Origin: Candidatus Saccharimonadota bacterium | GTDB lineage: Bacteria > Patescibacteriota > Saccharimonadia > Saccharimonadales > Saccharimonadaceae | Assembly: GCA_017431955.1 (NCBI GenBank) | Contig: JAFRKC010000003.1 | Location: 3,299-67,298, forward strand | Length of the DNA stretch: 64,000 nucleotides | Direction: 5' to 3' | Shown: positions 33,835 to 42,908 of the stretch, piece by piece | Layout: each line of letters starts with the position of its first letter | Numbering within the stretch: position 1 is the stretch's first letter | Notes under the pieces: generated by a model | Told to the model about the DNA's origin: nothing | The model's database searches: none | The model's input: the letters and a program-made list of their open reading frames with translations, nothing else | Made by a program: the position numbers and the translations under genes

Positions 33835-36408
33835 TTAGAACTTCATGATTCTGCGGCGCCTGTAGAAGCGATAGGCGGCGGCTGCAGAAGCGGTGGTGAA
33901 GATGCCAGCGATAGCGATGATGATGGTGGTATTATTGCCGTTTGCACCACCAAGGGTTTCGCCAAGACCAGTGTTTGGCACATCTTCTACACATTCTTTG
34001 GTGTAGGTGGCTTTGTATGTGGCCGGGCCGGTAACAACGGCGAATTCTGGAGTCCATTTGCTGAAGGTATAGGCGCAGTTGTCGACTTTTTTATCTGGTG
34101 CCTTGTCGTGGCTTGGAGTCTGGCCATATTCTACTTCTGCTTCGTCAATCGGCGTGCCGTCATCGTCAACAAAAGAGATTTTGTATTTCCTGATTACTGG
34201 GGTGAATACAGCATAGTAGTTGTAGTCACTGGTAACGGCGGTGGTGCCGACAACTAATTCTGGTGTATTGGCATCCATCGGTAGATAGTCGCTGAGGACG
34301 TATTCGTATTGCTCTGTAGAAGCCTTAGTTGCTGTTGGAACGGAAGTGATTTTGTTATTATACTCATAAGTTTTTGTTTCCACGAGAGTGGTTTTGTCTT
34401 CGTTGTAGAATTTGACAACGTAGTCAATACCTTCTCTCTTATATTGAGCAGTATAGACAGCATTACCAGTTACGGTCGTGACTGCTGGATCCCAGCCAAT
34501 AAATTCGTAGGTATAAGTGCCGTCTGATGGCTTGGTTGGAGTTGCACCGTTGTACTGAGGGACAGAGCCGTAAGCTACATTAGTATCGGTTTCTAGAGTA
34601 GTGCCATCATCGTTTTTCCAGGTGATGGTGTAACTTCTAGTTGTCTGAGTATATGTGGCTGTGTAGGTTTTATCGCCGGTAACAGTTGAAATTGTTGGAG
34701 TCCAACCTGCGAAGGTGTAGTTGTATTGTGCGGTTGAAGCTTTGGTTGGGGTGGTACCGTTGTACTGAGGGACAGAGCCGTAAGCTACATTAGTATCGGT
34801 TTCTAGAGTAGTGCCATCATCGTTTTTCCAAGTGATGGTATAGTCGCTTCTGGTGACAAGGTGAGCGGTGAAGGTGTAGTCGTCGGTAATCCCGACCCCG
34901 GTGTCTCCGCTATCAACAATACCTGCCATAAGGCCTGGAGGAATAATTGTTTGAGTGGTGATGTTAGTACCATCTATATCTTTATCTACGGTCCAATGGG
35001 CGATAGTGTATTTCGCCGAAGGATTTTCGTCGGTTGACTCAGGGTCTTCGTTAGTGTAAAGATATGGGAGGTTTTCGATGCCGATTGTTTCTCCTTCATA
35101 AATGCTGTCTGTAGCGGATTCGTTAATTCTTGTGCCGTTACGACCTAGCACATTAGCGATACTAACGCCGTTGTTGCTATCATCGACGGCATTCCAGGTG
35201 ATATTGTAGGCTTCGGTGAGAAATTCCCAACGAGAAAGTGCAGTGCTCCTAAAACCATAGGTAACTTCTACGTCTTTATTAGATATTGAACCTAATTCAC
35301 CTTCATCTATTTCGTCGCTAAATTTAATGTAAATATTGGCCTTATCTGGATTAGCAAAAACTTCTTTTTGGCTCTCTGCTGTGCCCTCTTTGTAAGAAGA
35401 GAAGACCGAAACATTATCGTTATCGTAATATATATAATTTTGCTGATCATTAGCATTAGTATTAGTGGAAAATTGAGCAGCATCAGCAGGGTTAACGTAA
35501 ATATTGCATGAACCACCAGCGTGATTAACGATTGGAATGCTATTATCACAAACATTACTGTTTGGAAAACGATAGGATTGAGCGGCGTCGATATCGTCTA
35601 TTTTGAGATAGAATGTGTCTGGTGCGTGAGTGATGGTATATTTTAATTTAATAAAAATAGCTGCCTGATTCCCATAACTATCCGTGGAATATTTTTGATA
35701 ATAACCAGCTGGCATGTCGGCTGATAGTTGATTTATGTTGGTAATAACCCATTCAGTGTCACATTTTATATCGGTGTTCGTATTACTGTCGTGATAATAA
35801 GCTCCGTCAGATTTCCATATAGTACATGAATCAGCATAAACGTTTTGAGCCGAAAAATAATTGTGCGTTTCGCCGATAAGGAATGGCTCGTAGTGGCTAC
35901 TCGCGCTATAGGTCTCTAGAACTGTAGCCTTGATTTCGTAATCACCTGAAGTTACAGTCCACGACACCTCTCCGTTTGTTGTCCAATCGTGTGAACCGCT
36001 TGGGACTTCGAGATATTTAACTGGTCGCATGATTTGAGGACCCTCGCCTGCTTCATAGCCAGACGTTGTTGGACCTCTTAATCTACCCTCTTTCCATATG
36101 CCACCAGTGAAATTCTTGATGCTGGAATTTTCTGTCGTCCTGGTATCATTGACATTGGACCAGGATTTTAACCGAGTAAAAAGATCGTCTTCTGGAACGC
36201 TAAGGATAGTATTGAGGTTGTCTTCTGGATTTCCCAAAGCTTTTACTCCTCCATCCGTAGTATCGTAGCTGATTTCTATGCTAGTGCTATCAGCGTTGGT
36301 TTCGTTATCGTTGATAAAGAATTGGTTGGAGAAAAATCCTACGGCACCAAGAACCGCTACTATAAAAGTAGAGATCAGGATTTTCTTTCTGGTTCGTTTT
36401 AGTTTCAT
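33835..36408 (-). CDS. Surface protein with Listeria-Bacteroides (InlB B/Flg_new-like) repeats and VPNTG-TM-basic tail
   Basis: YTITWKNDDGTTLET...YTFAGW...TYTATY repeats; VPNTGLG, TM, RRRR; own TTGACA promoter at ~36495. Confidence 0.85.
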   Translation of the reverse strand: MKLKRTRKKILISTFIVAVLGAVGFFSNQFFINDNETNADSTSIEISYDTTDGGVKALGNPEDNLNTILSVPEDDLFTRLKSWSNVNDTRTTENSSIKNFTGGIWKEGRLRGPTTSGYEAGEGPQIMRPVKYLEVPSGSHDWTTNGEVSWTVTSGDYEIKATVLETYSASSHYEPFLIGETHNYFSAQNVYADSCTIWKSDGAYYHDSNTNTDIKCDTEWVITNINQLSADMPAGYYQKYSTDSYGNQAAIFIKLKYTITHAPDTFYLKIDDIDAAQSYRFPNSNVCDNSIPIVNHAGGSCNIYVNPADAAQFSTNTNANDQQNYIYYDNDNVSVFSSYKEGTAESQKEVFANPDKANIYIKFSDEIDEGELGSISNKDVEVTYGFRSTALSRWEFLTEAYNITWNAVDDSNNGVSIANVLGRNGTRINESATDSIYEGETIGIENLPYLYTNEDPESTDENPSAKYTIAHWTVDKDIDGTNITTQTIIPPGLMAGIVDSGDTGVGITDDYTFTAHLVTRSDYTITWKNDDGTTLETDTNVAYGSVPQYNGTTPTKASTAQYNYTFAGWTPTISTVTGDKTYTATYTQTTRSYTITWKNDDGTTLETDTNVAYGSVPQYNGATPTKPSDGTYTYEFIGWDPAVTTVTGNAVYTAQYKREGIDYVVKFYNEDKTTLVETKTYEYNNKITSVPTATKASTEQYEYVLSDYLPMDANTPELVVGTTAVTSDYNYYAVFTPVIRKYKISFVDDDGTPIDEAEVEYGQTPSHDKAPDKKVDNCAYTFSKWTPEFAVVTGPATYKATYTKECVEDVPNTGLGETLGGANGNNTTIIIAIAGIFTTASAAAAYRFYRRRRIMKF
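34546..34830. repeat. 75-bp identical intragenic direct repeat, 210-bp period
   Basis: ACCGTTGTACTGAGGGACAGAGCC...TCGTTTTTCCA at 34546-34620 and 34756-34830. Confidence 0.85.
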
Positions 36409-36519
36409 GTGACCTACTTTTTTTGTTTTTATTTTCGTGCCTAAACCTAGGCATAATGACCTTTATGTCCTTATAATAGCTAGTGTTTACAATTTGTCAA
36501 GAAGATTTTTGAACTTTTT

Positions 36520-37071
36520 TTAGATTTTTCGTGGAGCAGGGGCGGTTTCGATAATAGCATCTAGAACTTGTTCGACGTTTTTGCCGGTTTTGGCGGAAAC
36601 ACCGATGATTTCACTTTCTTTGCAGCCCAGAAGATTAACGATTTCTTTTTTAACCTTTTCCACATCCGCAGCCGGGAGATCAATTTTGTTGATAACTGGG
36701 ATAATATATAGATCCTGCTCTAGGGCCAAATAGACATTGGCGAGAGTTTGGGCCTGAATGCCCTGAGTGGCGTCAACAACCAACACGGCAGTTTCGACAG
36801 CCTGAAGCGAACGGCTAACTTCGTAAGAAAAATCCACGTGGCCGGGAGTATCAATAAGATTGAGTTCAAAGCCTTTATAGTGCATCTGAACAGGGGTGAG
36901 TTTAATGGTAATGCCCTTTTCACGCTCGAGTTCCATAGAGTCCAAAAGCTGAGCTTTCATCTCGCGCTTTTCGACGGTGCCGGTGATTTCCATCATGCGA
37001 TCGGCAAGAGTGGATTTACCGTGATCGATATGGGCAATAATACAGAAATTGCGGATTTTATCGGTGTTCAT
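36520..37071 (-). CDS. lepA: Elongation factor 4 (LepA), GTPase domain only, as a separate gene
   Basis: [63 protein letters not shown]; stops after APAPRKI. Confidence 0.95.
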   Translation of the reverse strand: MNTDKIRNFCIIAHIDHGKSTLADRMMEITGTVEKREMKAQLLDSMELEREKGITIKLTPVQMHYKGFELNLIDTPGHVDFSYEVSRSLQAVETAVLVVDATQGIQAQTLANVYLALEQDLYIIPVINKIDLPAADVEKVKKEIVNLLGCKESEIIGVSAKTGKNVEQVLDAIIETAPAPRKI

Positions 37072-37090
37072 TGTGATATAATTATATAAT

Positions 37091-37945
37091 ATGAAGCGAG
37101 TTTTGGCAATTTCTGGCGGGGTGGACTCCATGGCTTTGCTTGATTTTTGTGTGAAAAAATATCCCTTAGATTCACTCTTAGTAGCGCATTTTGACCACGG
37201 TACCAGGCCGTCGGCAAAAGATGATTATTTGTTTGTAGAAAAAAAATGCCAGGAACTTGGCGTAGAGTTTTGTGGATTTCACGCTAAACTTGGGGCGGGT
37301 GTATCGGAAGAGCGCGCAAGAAATGCGCGGTACGAGTTTTTTTATAGCCTGCTTTCTGATGATGATAAGCTGGTGGTGGCGCATCATTTGGATGATTTGG
37401 TGGAATCAGTGGTGATTAATTTTTTGCGCGGAACAGGATGGCGTGGGCTCGCGGTGATGAATGCCGAAAAAATCGAGCGTCCATTTTTAGATTGGACTAA
37501 AAAAGATATTTTAAAATACGCGCGTGATAATAACGTGGTTTTTCGCGAAGATCCTACTAATTCGTCTGATGAATATCTAAGGAACCGCGTGCGCTTTAAA
37601 GTGCGGGGGCTGGCGCGAGAAAAGAAACTTGAAATTTTGAAATTGAGAAATCGCCAAATCGAGATTGGTGCAGAAATTGAAAAAGTTGTAGCGGAAATTA
37701 TTGATAAAAATAAGATCAAAGTGAGTGAGGGTAAATTTATTTTTCCGCGCGCAATGTTTGACGACATGGACGAGGACGTGGCGGTGGAAATTCTGAAGAA
37801 AATTTTGAGCGCAGAAAATATTGCCTGCACTAGGCCGCAACTTTTAAATTTTTATCAAGCAATTTTAAAATATCAGCCGGGGAAATTTTTCAATTTACCA
37901 GGCGACAAGCTGGCCAGAATTGATAAAAAAACTTTTATGATATAA
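37091..37945 (+). CDS. tilS: tRNA(Ile)-lysidine synthetase (short form)
   Basis: [47 protein letters not shown]...YLRNRVR. Confidence 0.95.
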   Translation: MKRVLAISGGVDSMALLDFCVKKYPLDSLLVAHFDHGTRPSAKDDYLFVEKKCQELGVEFCGFHAKLGAGVSEERARNARYEFFYSLLSDDDKLVVAHHLDDLVESVVINFLRGTGWRGLAVMNAEKIERPFLDWTKKDILKYARDNNVVFREDPTNSSDEYLRNRVRFKVRGLAREKKLEILKLRNRQIEIGAEIEKVVAEIIDKNKIKVSEGKFIFPRAMFDDMDEDVAVEILKKILSAENIACTRPQLLNFYQAILKYQPGKFFNLPGDKLARIDKKTFMI

Positions 37946-37952
37946 TAAGGTT

Positions 37953-38564
37953 ATGCTAATAAATGGGTCTAAGTTAAACAGCGCCAAGGTGCTGAGTTTG
38001 CATGTTGGCGGAACGATTGCATCGGTTAAAAGGGCGGTGATAGACCCAAATAGTTTGAAAATTATTGCTTTTGAAGTGAGCGGGCCTCTGATCCGCGGCG
38101 ACGTAGGAAATATTTTGGACGTAACCGACATCCGCGAGGTGGCGAATATCGGAATGATTATTGACTCGACCGACGATTTAATGCAGCCGGACGACGTCAT
38201 AAGAATCAGCAAAATTATGGAGCTGGGATTTAATTTGATTGGGCTGAAGGTTCGCACCAAAAAGGGAGAGAAGCTCGGCAAAGTAATGGATTATGTGCTG
38301 GACACCGAAACTTTTACGATTCATCAGCTGATTGTGCATCGCCCGGCAGCAAAGGCGCTGCTTGACCCGGAGCTAACTATTCCACGTAGTGAAATTGTGG
38401 AAATTAACGATTACGAAGTAATTGTAAAAGACGAGAAAAAGACCGTCAAAAAGAAGGCTAGCGTACCGGCAAAAGATTTTGTGCCTAATTTTGTGAATCC
38501 GTTTCGAGAACCAACTTTTTCGACAATGCGTAATCGAACCCCTGGCGAACGAGATACTGAATAA
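37953..38564 (+). CDS. Tandem PRC-barrel domain protein
   Basis: VLSLHVGGTIASV...IDPNSLKIIAFEV; LIGLKVRTKKGEKLGKVMDYVLD. Confidence 0.85.
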   Translation: MLINGSKLNSAKVLSLHVGGTIASVKRAVIDPNSLKIIAFEVSGPLIRGDVGNILDVTDIREVANIGMIIDSTDDLMQPDDVIRISKIMELGFNLIGLKVRTKKGEKLGKVMDYVLDTETFTIHQLIVHRPAAKALLDPELTIPRSEIVEINDYEVIVKDEKKTVKKKASVPAKDFVPNFVNPFREPTFSTMRNRTPGERDTE

Positions 38565-39333
38565 GTTTATCATCATCATATCTAGCACGTTTTTTGGCGA
38601 TGATTTTTTGGATTTCTTCTTCGTCATTTCTGGCGGTGGATTCTAGTGTATCGTCGATGATGGATTTATCTACGCCTTTCTTGATAAGCTCCATTCTTAG
38701 CCTCTTTTGGCTGATTCCCTTTTTGACGAAGCGGTTTTCGACATAATATTCTGCGAATTTTTGATCGTCTAAGTAGCCCTTTTCCACTAGGCGCGAAATA
38801 ACTTCTTGAATAATATCCTCGCCAAAACTAGAAGATTCTTTCTCGGACACGCTCAAGGGCGCTCGTCCGGGCTTATGGTCCGAGAAAGAACTTCTTGTTT
38901 TGGTCCGATCATCATCGGCCAAGCTTATGGTCCTCAAAGAAGCTTGTGATTTCGGATTTTGCCCAGGCTTATGGTCCGAGGAGGAACTTATAGCCCTTTT
39001 TACAGACTTCCTATATAAGTAGTCCTTGGTTTCGCGGACTGAGTGGGGGCGGGTAAGGACCCACTCGAGGGTTCTTTGATAGAGCTTGCCAAATTCGGAA
39101 GCTTTTTTATATTCGGCGAGTTTCTCGGGTGTAAGGGTTTGGCCTTTTTTCAGACCAAAATCTACCACCTGTGCAATGTCTAAAGAAAAGCTATATTTGC
39201 CGTCGACAAAAACATTCACCCGGTTTGGATTTTTAACGGCTTGTTTAATGTCTGAAACTAAGAAAGAATTGGCTGCGCTACCAGCACTTGTGGTTATATT
39301 ATCACACTTATGCTTATTTGTCAAGATTTCCAT
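38485..39333 (-). CDS. recX: Regulatory protein RecX (with repeat-derived insertion)
   Basis: VSDIKQAVKNPNRVNVFVDGKYSFSL, RPHSVRET, LVEKGYLDDQKFA, LRMELIKKGV, LIQYLVRQGF; downstream of recA. Confidence 0.9.
   Translation of the reverse strand: MEILTNKHKCDNITTSAGSAANSFLVSDIKQAVKNPNRVNVFVDGKYSFSLDIAQVVDFGLKKGQTLTPEKLAEYKKASEFGKLYQRTLEWVLTRPHSVRETKDYLYRKSVKRAISSSSDHKPGQNPKSQASLRTISLADDDRTKTRSSFSDHKPGRAPLSVSEKESSSFGEDIIQEVISRLVEKGYLDDQKFAEYYVENRFVKKGISQKRLRMELIKKGVDKSIIDDTLESTARNDEEEIQKIIAKKRARYDDDKLIQYLVRQGFDYALSKKLVLETDSQN
38830..38987 (+). repeat. One full plus two half copies of the palindromic repeat, in frame within recX
   Basis: Core 38844-38882 with arms AGAAGATTCTTTCT/AGAAAGAACTTCT; half copies 38915-38933 and 38961-38980. 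Confidence 0.85.
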
Positions 39334-39880
39334 CGGTGGGGAGCTTCTTTTCAAGGTATTGGAAGAATGTTTCGGAAGTGGTGCTGTCTTTGGCGAGCGG
39401 AGCTTTGCCGTATTTTTTGCGGAAATAATCGTAATCTTCTAGCGGGACCCATTTAACTTCGTCGACTTCGCCATCAGAAAAAGTGAAGTTTTGTTTGTGG
39501 TCGGTATAGTCTGCAACGAAGATAGAGTAGATGCCGATATCGCCCTTAAAACTTACTACAAATTCTAGGTTTTCTTTCCCTAGGTCGTGCACGCCGATTT
39601 CTTCTTTTAGCTCACGGATGCCGGCTTCAGCGAAAGTTTCACCGTAATTAACGTGGCCGCCAACTGAACAATCCCATTTACCTGGATAGCGATCAACTTT
39701 TTCACTACGCTTTTGGAATAGAATTTCAAAGTTGCCGTTATTTACACGATACAGCCAGACAATTGACCCGCCATAGTAATCTCGACCCTCGGCGTGGTTG
39801 CCAAGGTGAGATGGGCGGCCGCCATTTGCTAGCGGCTCGCCGTTTTTACCGTATTCTTGCCAAACCTCTTCGCGGTGCAT
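39314..39880 (-). CDS. NUDIX hydrolase (IPP isomerase-like)
   Basis: LFQKRS...YPGKWD.SVGGH...GETFAEAGIRELKEEIG Nudix box. Confidence 0.9.
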   Translation of the reverse strand: MHREEVWQEYGKNGEPLANGGRPSHLGNHAEGRDYYGGSIVWLYRVNNGNFEILFQKRSEKVDRYPGKWDCSVGGHVNYGETFAEAGIRELKEEIGVHDLGKENLEFVVSFKGDIGIYSIFVADYTDHKQNFTFSDGEVDEVKWVPLEDYDYFRKKYGKAPLAKDSTTSETFFQYLEKKLPTDGNLDK

Positions 39881-40911
39881 TAGGCCTCTTCTTGGTCCTT
39901 GGCTTTGGCGCGAACTTCTTTTTCGATTTTAGCCATAAAGTCTGGTTTTTCTTTAAATAATTTTTTAACGGCTTCGCGACCTTGGCCTATAGTGTCACCG
40001 TTGTATTTGAGAAAGGCGCCGGACTTTTCGATGACGCCAAATTGGACGGCGAGATCTAGAATATCGCCGGTTTTAGAAATGCCTTCATTGTACATGATGT
40101 CGAACTCGGCAGTACGGAATGGTGCAGCAATTTTGTTTTTAACGACTTTAATTTTAGTACGGTTGCCAGAGATATTATCGCCGTCTTTGATTTGGCCGAT
40201 ACGACGAATATCGATGCGGACTGAAGCGTAGAATTTGAGGGCGTTGCCACCGGTGGTGGTTTCTGGGTTGCCGAACATGACACCGATTTTCATACGGATC
40301 TGATTGATGAAGATGACGGTGGCTTTGGATTTGCTGATAATACCAGTGAGCTTGCGCATAGCTTGAGACATCAAGCGAGCCTGGAGGCCCATTTGGGCAT
40401 CGCCCATGTCGCCGTCGATTTCGGCTTGAGGAACGAGGGCAGCGACGGAGTCGACCACGATAAGATCAACTGCGTTGGAACGAACGAGAGTTTCGCAGAT
40501 TTCAAGGGCTTGTTCCCCATTGTCCGGTTGAGAAATCAAGAGATTGCTGGTGTCTACGCCGATACGTTTGGCATAGGCTGGGTCGAGCGCGTGCTCGGCA
40601 TCGATAAAGGCTGCTTGGCCGCCTTGTTTTTGAATTTCGGCAATAGCGTGAAGAGCGAGAGTGGTTTTGCCGGAAGATTCTGGGCCATAGATTTCGATGA
40701 TGCGGCCTTTTGGATAGCCGCCGCCAAGGGCGAGATCAAGAGAAAGAGAGCCAGATGGCAAAAGTTCGACGTCAATTTTTTGCGTGTCGCCGAGTTTCAT
40801 AATTGAGCCATCGCCAAATTGCTTAGTGATTTGGGCGATTGCGAGATCTAGGGCTTGTGATTTGCCGTCAGATTTTTTTGCTGGTTCTGCTGGTGCTGAT
40901 TTTTTGGTCAT
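39880..40911 (-). CDS. recA: Recombinase A
   Basis: [62 protein letters not shown]. Confidence 0.99.
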   Translation of the reverse strand: MTKKSAPAEPAKKSDGKSQALDLAIAQITKQFGDGSIMKLGDTQKIDVELLPSGSLSLDLALGGGYPKGRIIEIYGPESSGKTTLALHAIAEIQKQGGQAAFIDAEHALDPAYAKRIGVDTSNLLISQPDNGEQALEICETLVRSNAVDLIVVDSVAALVPQAEIDGDMGDAQMGLQARLMSQAMRKLTGIISKSKATVIFINQIRMKIGVMFGNPETTTGGNALKFYASVRIDIRRIGQIKDGDNISGNRTKIKVVKNKIAAPFRTAEFDIMYNEGISKTGDILDLAVQFGVIEKSGAFLKYNGDTIGQGREAVKKLFKEKPDFMAKIEKEVRAKAKDQEEA

Positions 40912-40978
40912 TGTATTACCTTCCTGTTAGTTATTAATATTATACCACATGGGTTGGCTCGAGATTAGCAAGACAAAA

Positions 40979-41011
40979 ACACTGTCGCAAACATAAGCGT
41001 TGCGACAGTGT
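40979..41011 (-). terminator. Hairpin terminator after the LRR gene
   Basis: ACACTGTCGCAA-N9-TTGCGACAGTGT with flanking A runs. Confidence 0.7.
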
Positions 41012-41027
41012 AAAAGGAACAGTATTT

Positions 41028-42377
41028 TTAGCGAGAGAATCGAACTTTGTTGGATTGGCGTTTGACAATTCGCTTGCTGATAACAGCCAAAATTAAGATG
41101 GCTGGCAAGACGACAATAGCGGCATATTTAGCTGCCTCGGCGATGGCGCCAATACCGGTGTTTGGGACCTTGAGCTTGCCGTATTGAATGATGACGTCTT
41201 TTTGGTTCTCGTCTAGACCGAGCATTCCGCGAATTTGTTCTTCGGTGTATTTGCCTTCCCAGGACGCAGGAACGGCAACGATCTTAAGGTTTTTGTTGTT
41301 GTAAAGTTCCCCACTAAAGGATTCGAGATCTTCGCTGGCCTGCGATAAATCAATATATTGAATATCGTTGTCATTGAAGTATGCAAGTGTTAATTTTTCT
41401 TCTGGGTTTTCACTGAAAGTTACTTTAGTTAACTGGTTATAATCAGCTACAACTCTTGTTATTTTTTTGTTATTTGATAAATCTAATTCTTTTAAAGAAT
41501 TTCCCGAGATATACAAGTTGGTTAATTCGGTGAGTTTAGAAACATCAATTTTTGAAAGACCACAATAATCGAGAGAGACGCTCGTAAGCTTTGTATTATT
41601 GGAGAGATCGATATTAGAAAGGATCGTGGATCCTATAGTAAGCATTTCTAGATTTGTATTTTTTGAGAGATCGATTACGGAAATATCGCTGTTATAAAGC
41701 CAAAGTTCGGCGAGATTCTGATTGGCTGAAAAATCTAGAGCTTCATTCTGGACACCAGTTACCGAAAGCCTTTTGAGACCAGTTAGTTTGTCTAGGCTAT
41801 GGATATAGAAGGCTGAATCGTAGTGGCATTGTAGGGTTTCGATCTGAGCAATTTGCGCATCGGTGAGTTGGCTTAGCTCAGTGTCGTAAGCCACGTTATA
41901 ATTCTCGACCATGCATTCTGTAAAGTTGTTTCGAAAAGTTTGCTCGGCGTTATAAATTTGAGTGTACAAACCGCAGCCTGACGTGCCGAGGCTAACTGTA
42001 ACAGTGCCATCGAGAATTTCTGCTGGGGTATTTTGTAGACAAACAATAGGGTTTGTAGTGCTGGTTGGGATCTCAAAAACATATAGGCCACTGGGGGTTT
42101 CCGCTTCTTGATAGCCAGATTCGCATGATTCGTTCGCCTGGACGTAATAAATCGTTTCCGAGTAATGATTCACACAGACTTTGTATTCGTTGTCAGCGTA
42201 GTTGGTGGCTGCTGCGTAGCTTGATGGGGCCACCACTGTTGCAGTTGCACTAGAGCTGTTGGAAACCACCACCTCGGCAGCGAAAGCTGGGGCGGCTAGG
42301 CTTGCGCTAGTGGCAGATAAAACGCCTAAGGTAAGTAGCATTTTGCCGATGCTAATTTTGTGTTTTTGTTGTGTCAT
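41028..42377 (-). CDS. Leucine-rich-repeat (internalin-like) surface protein with VPNTG-TM-basic tail
   Basis: Signal peptide; LDKLTGLKRL, IDLSKNTNLEML, IDLSNNTKLTSV, LDLSNNKKI repeats; KVPNTGIG, TM, KR; start MTQQKH after AAAGGAA. Confidence 0.85.
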   Translation of the reverse strand: MTQQKHKISIGKMLLTLGVLSATSASLAAPAFAAEVVVSNSSSATATVVAPSSYAAATNYADNEYKVCVNHYSETIYYVQANESCESGYQEAETPSGLYVFEIPTSTTNPIVCLQNTPAEILDGTVTVSLGTSGCGLYTQIYNAEQTFRNNFTECMVENYNVAYDTELSQLTDAQIAQIETLQCHYDSAFYIHSLDKLTGLKRLSVTGVQNEALDFSANQNLAELWLYNSDISVIDLSKNTNLEMLTIGSTILSNIDLSNNTKLTSVSLDYCGLSKIDVSKLTELTNLYISGNSLKELDLSNNKKITRVVADYNQLTKVTFSENPEEKLTLAYFNDNDIQYIDLSQASEDLESFSGELYNNKNLKIVAVPASWEGKYTEEQIRGMLGLDENQKDVIIQYGKLKVPNTGIGAIAEAAKYAAIVVLPAILILAVISKRIVKRQSNKVRFSR

Positions 42378-42439
42378 TTTTGTTCCTTTTTTATTTTTAT
42401 TATAATGTCTCAATAATATATGACTTCGCTTATGCCTTT

Positions 42440-42471
42440 AATATACCCCCCCCCCCCATGGATTTTGTCAA
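42440..42471 (-). promoter_or_regulatory. Sigma70 promoter with G12 homopolymer in the spacer (putative phase-variable)
   Basis: TTGACA-aaatccat-G12-TATATT; spacer 20 nt. Confidence 0.7.
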
Positions 42472-42618
42472 GAAAATTGTTATGTTTTTTGTGTAGACTA
42501 GCCGCTTGCAAAAAACTTGCATTTTTGGTAAAATATGCCTAAGGTCTCGTAAGCCTTTGGCTTTCGATCCCTCGCTCGGATTAAATACGAAAACGAGTTT
42601 TTGTATTTATCCTCGCTC

Positions 42619-42693
42619 GGTCTCGTAGTATAACGGTTAGTACATCGGGTTTTCATCCCGACAATAGGAGTTCGACTCTCCTCGAGATCACCA
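42619..42693 (+). tRNA. tRNA-Glu(TTC)
   Basis: GGTCTCG/CGAGATC acceptor, TCGGG-TTTTCAT-CCCGA anticodon arm, CCA. Confidence 0.95.
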
Positions 42694-42908
42694 CACCGGA
42701 GTTGCTGCCATCGCAGGACTCTTTTTTGTTGTAAATAACGGAGAAGAGTGGGCTTAAATCGTCCGTTCCAAAAATTTTCTGTTTTATATCAAAAACTCTA
42801 GCTATTATTCATAGCTAAGCATTAGTCTTCGCTTGAGCTTTTTCCTCACGCTCAAAAGCGTCAGCGATAAGTTGCTGGATCTTCTTTATGTTCATTGCTT
42901 TAATTTTA

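Noticed and set aside
33798-36519. Intron or split intein joining the lepA halves
   Set aside because: No group I/II intron motifs or maturase and no intein terminal residues; the interval is filled by an ordinary surface-protein gene with its own promoter.
42815-42895. 26-aa ORF MNIKKIQQLIADAFEREEKAQAKTNA downstream of the RelA/SpoT gene (possible antitoxin)
   Set aside because: No SD or promoter evidence and too short to support; worth only a tBLASTn.
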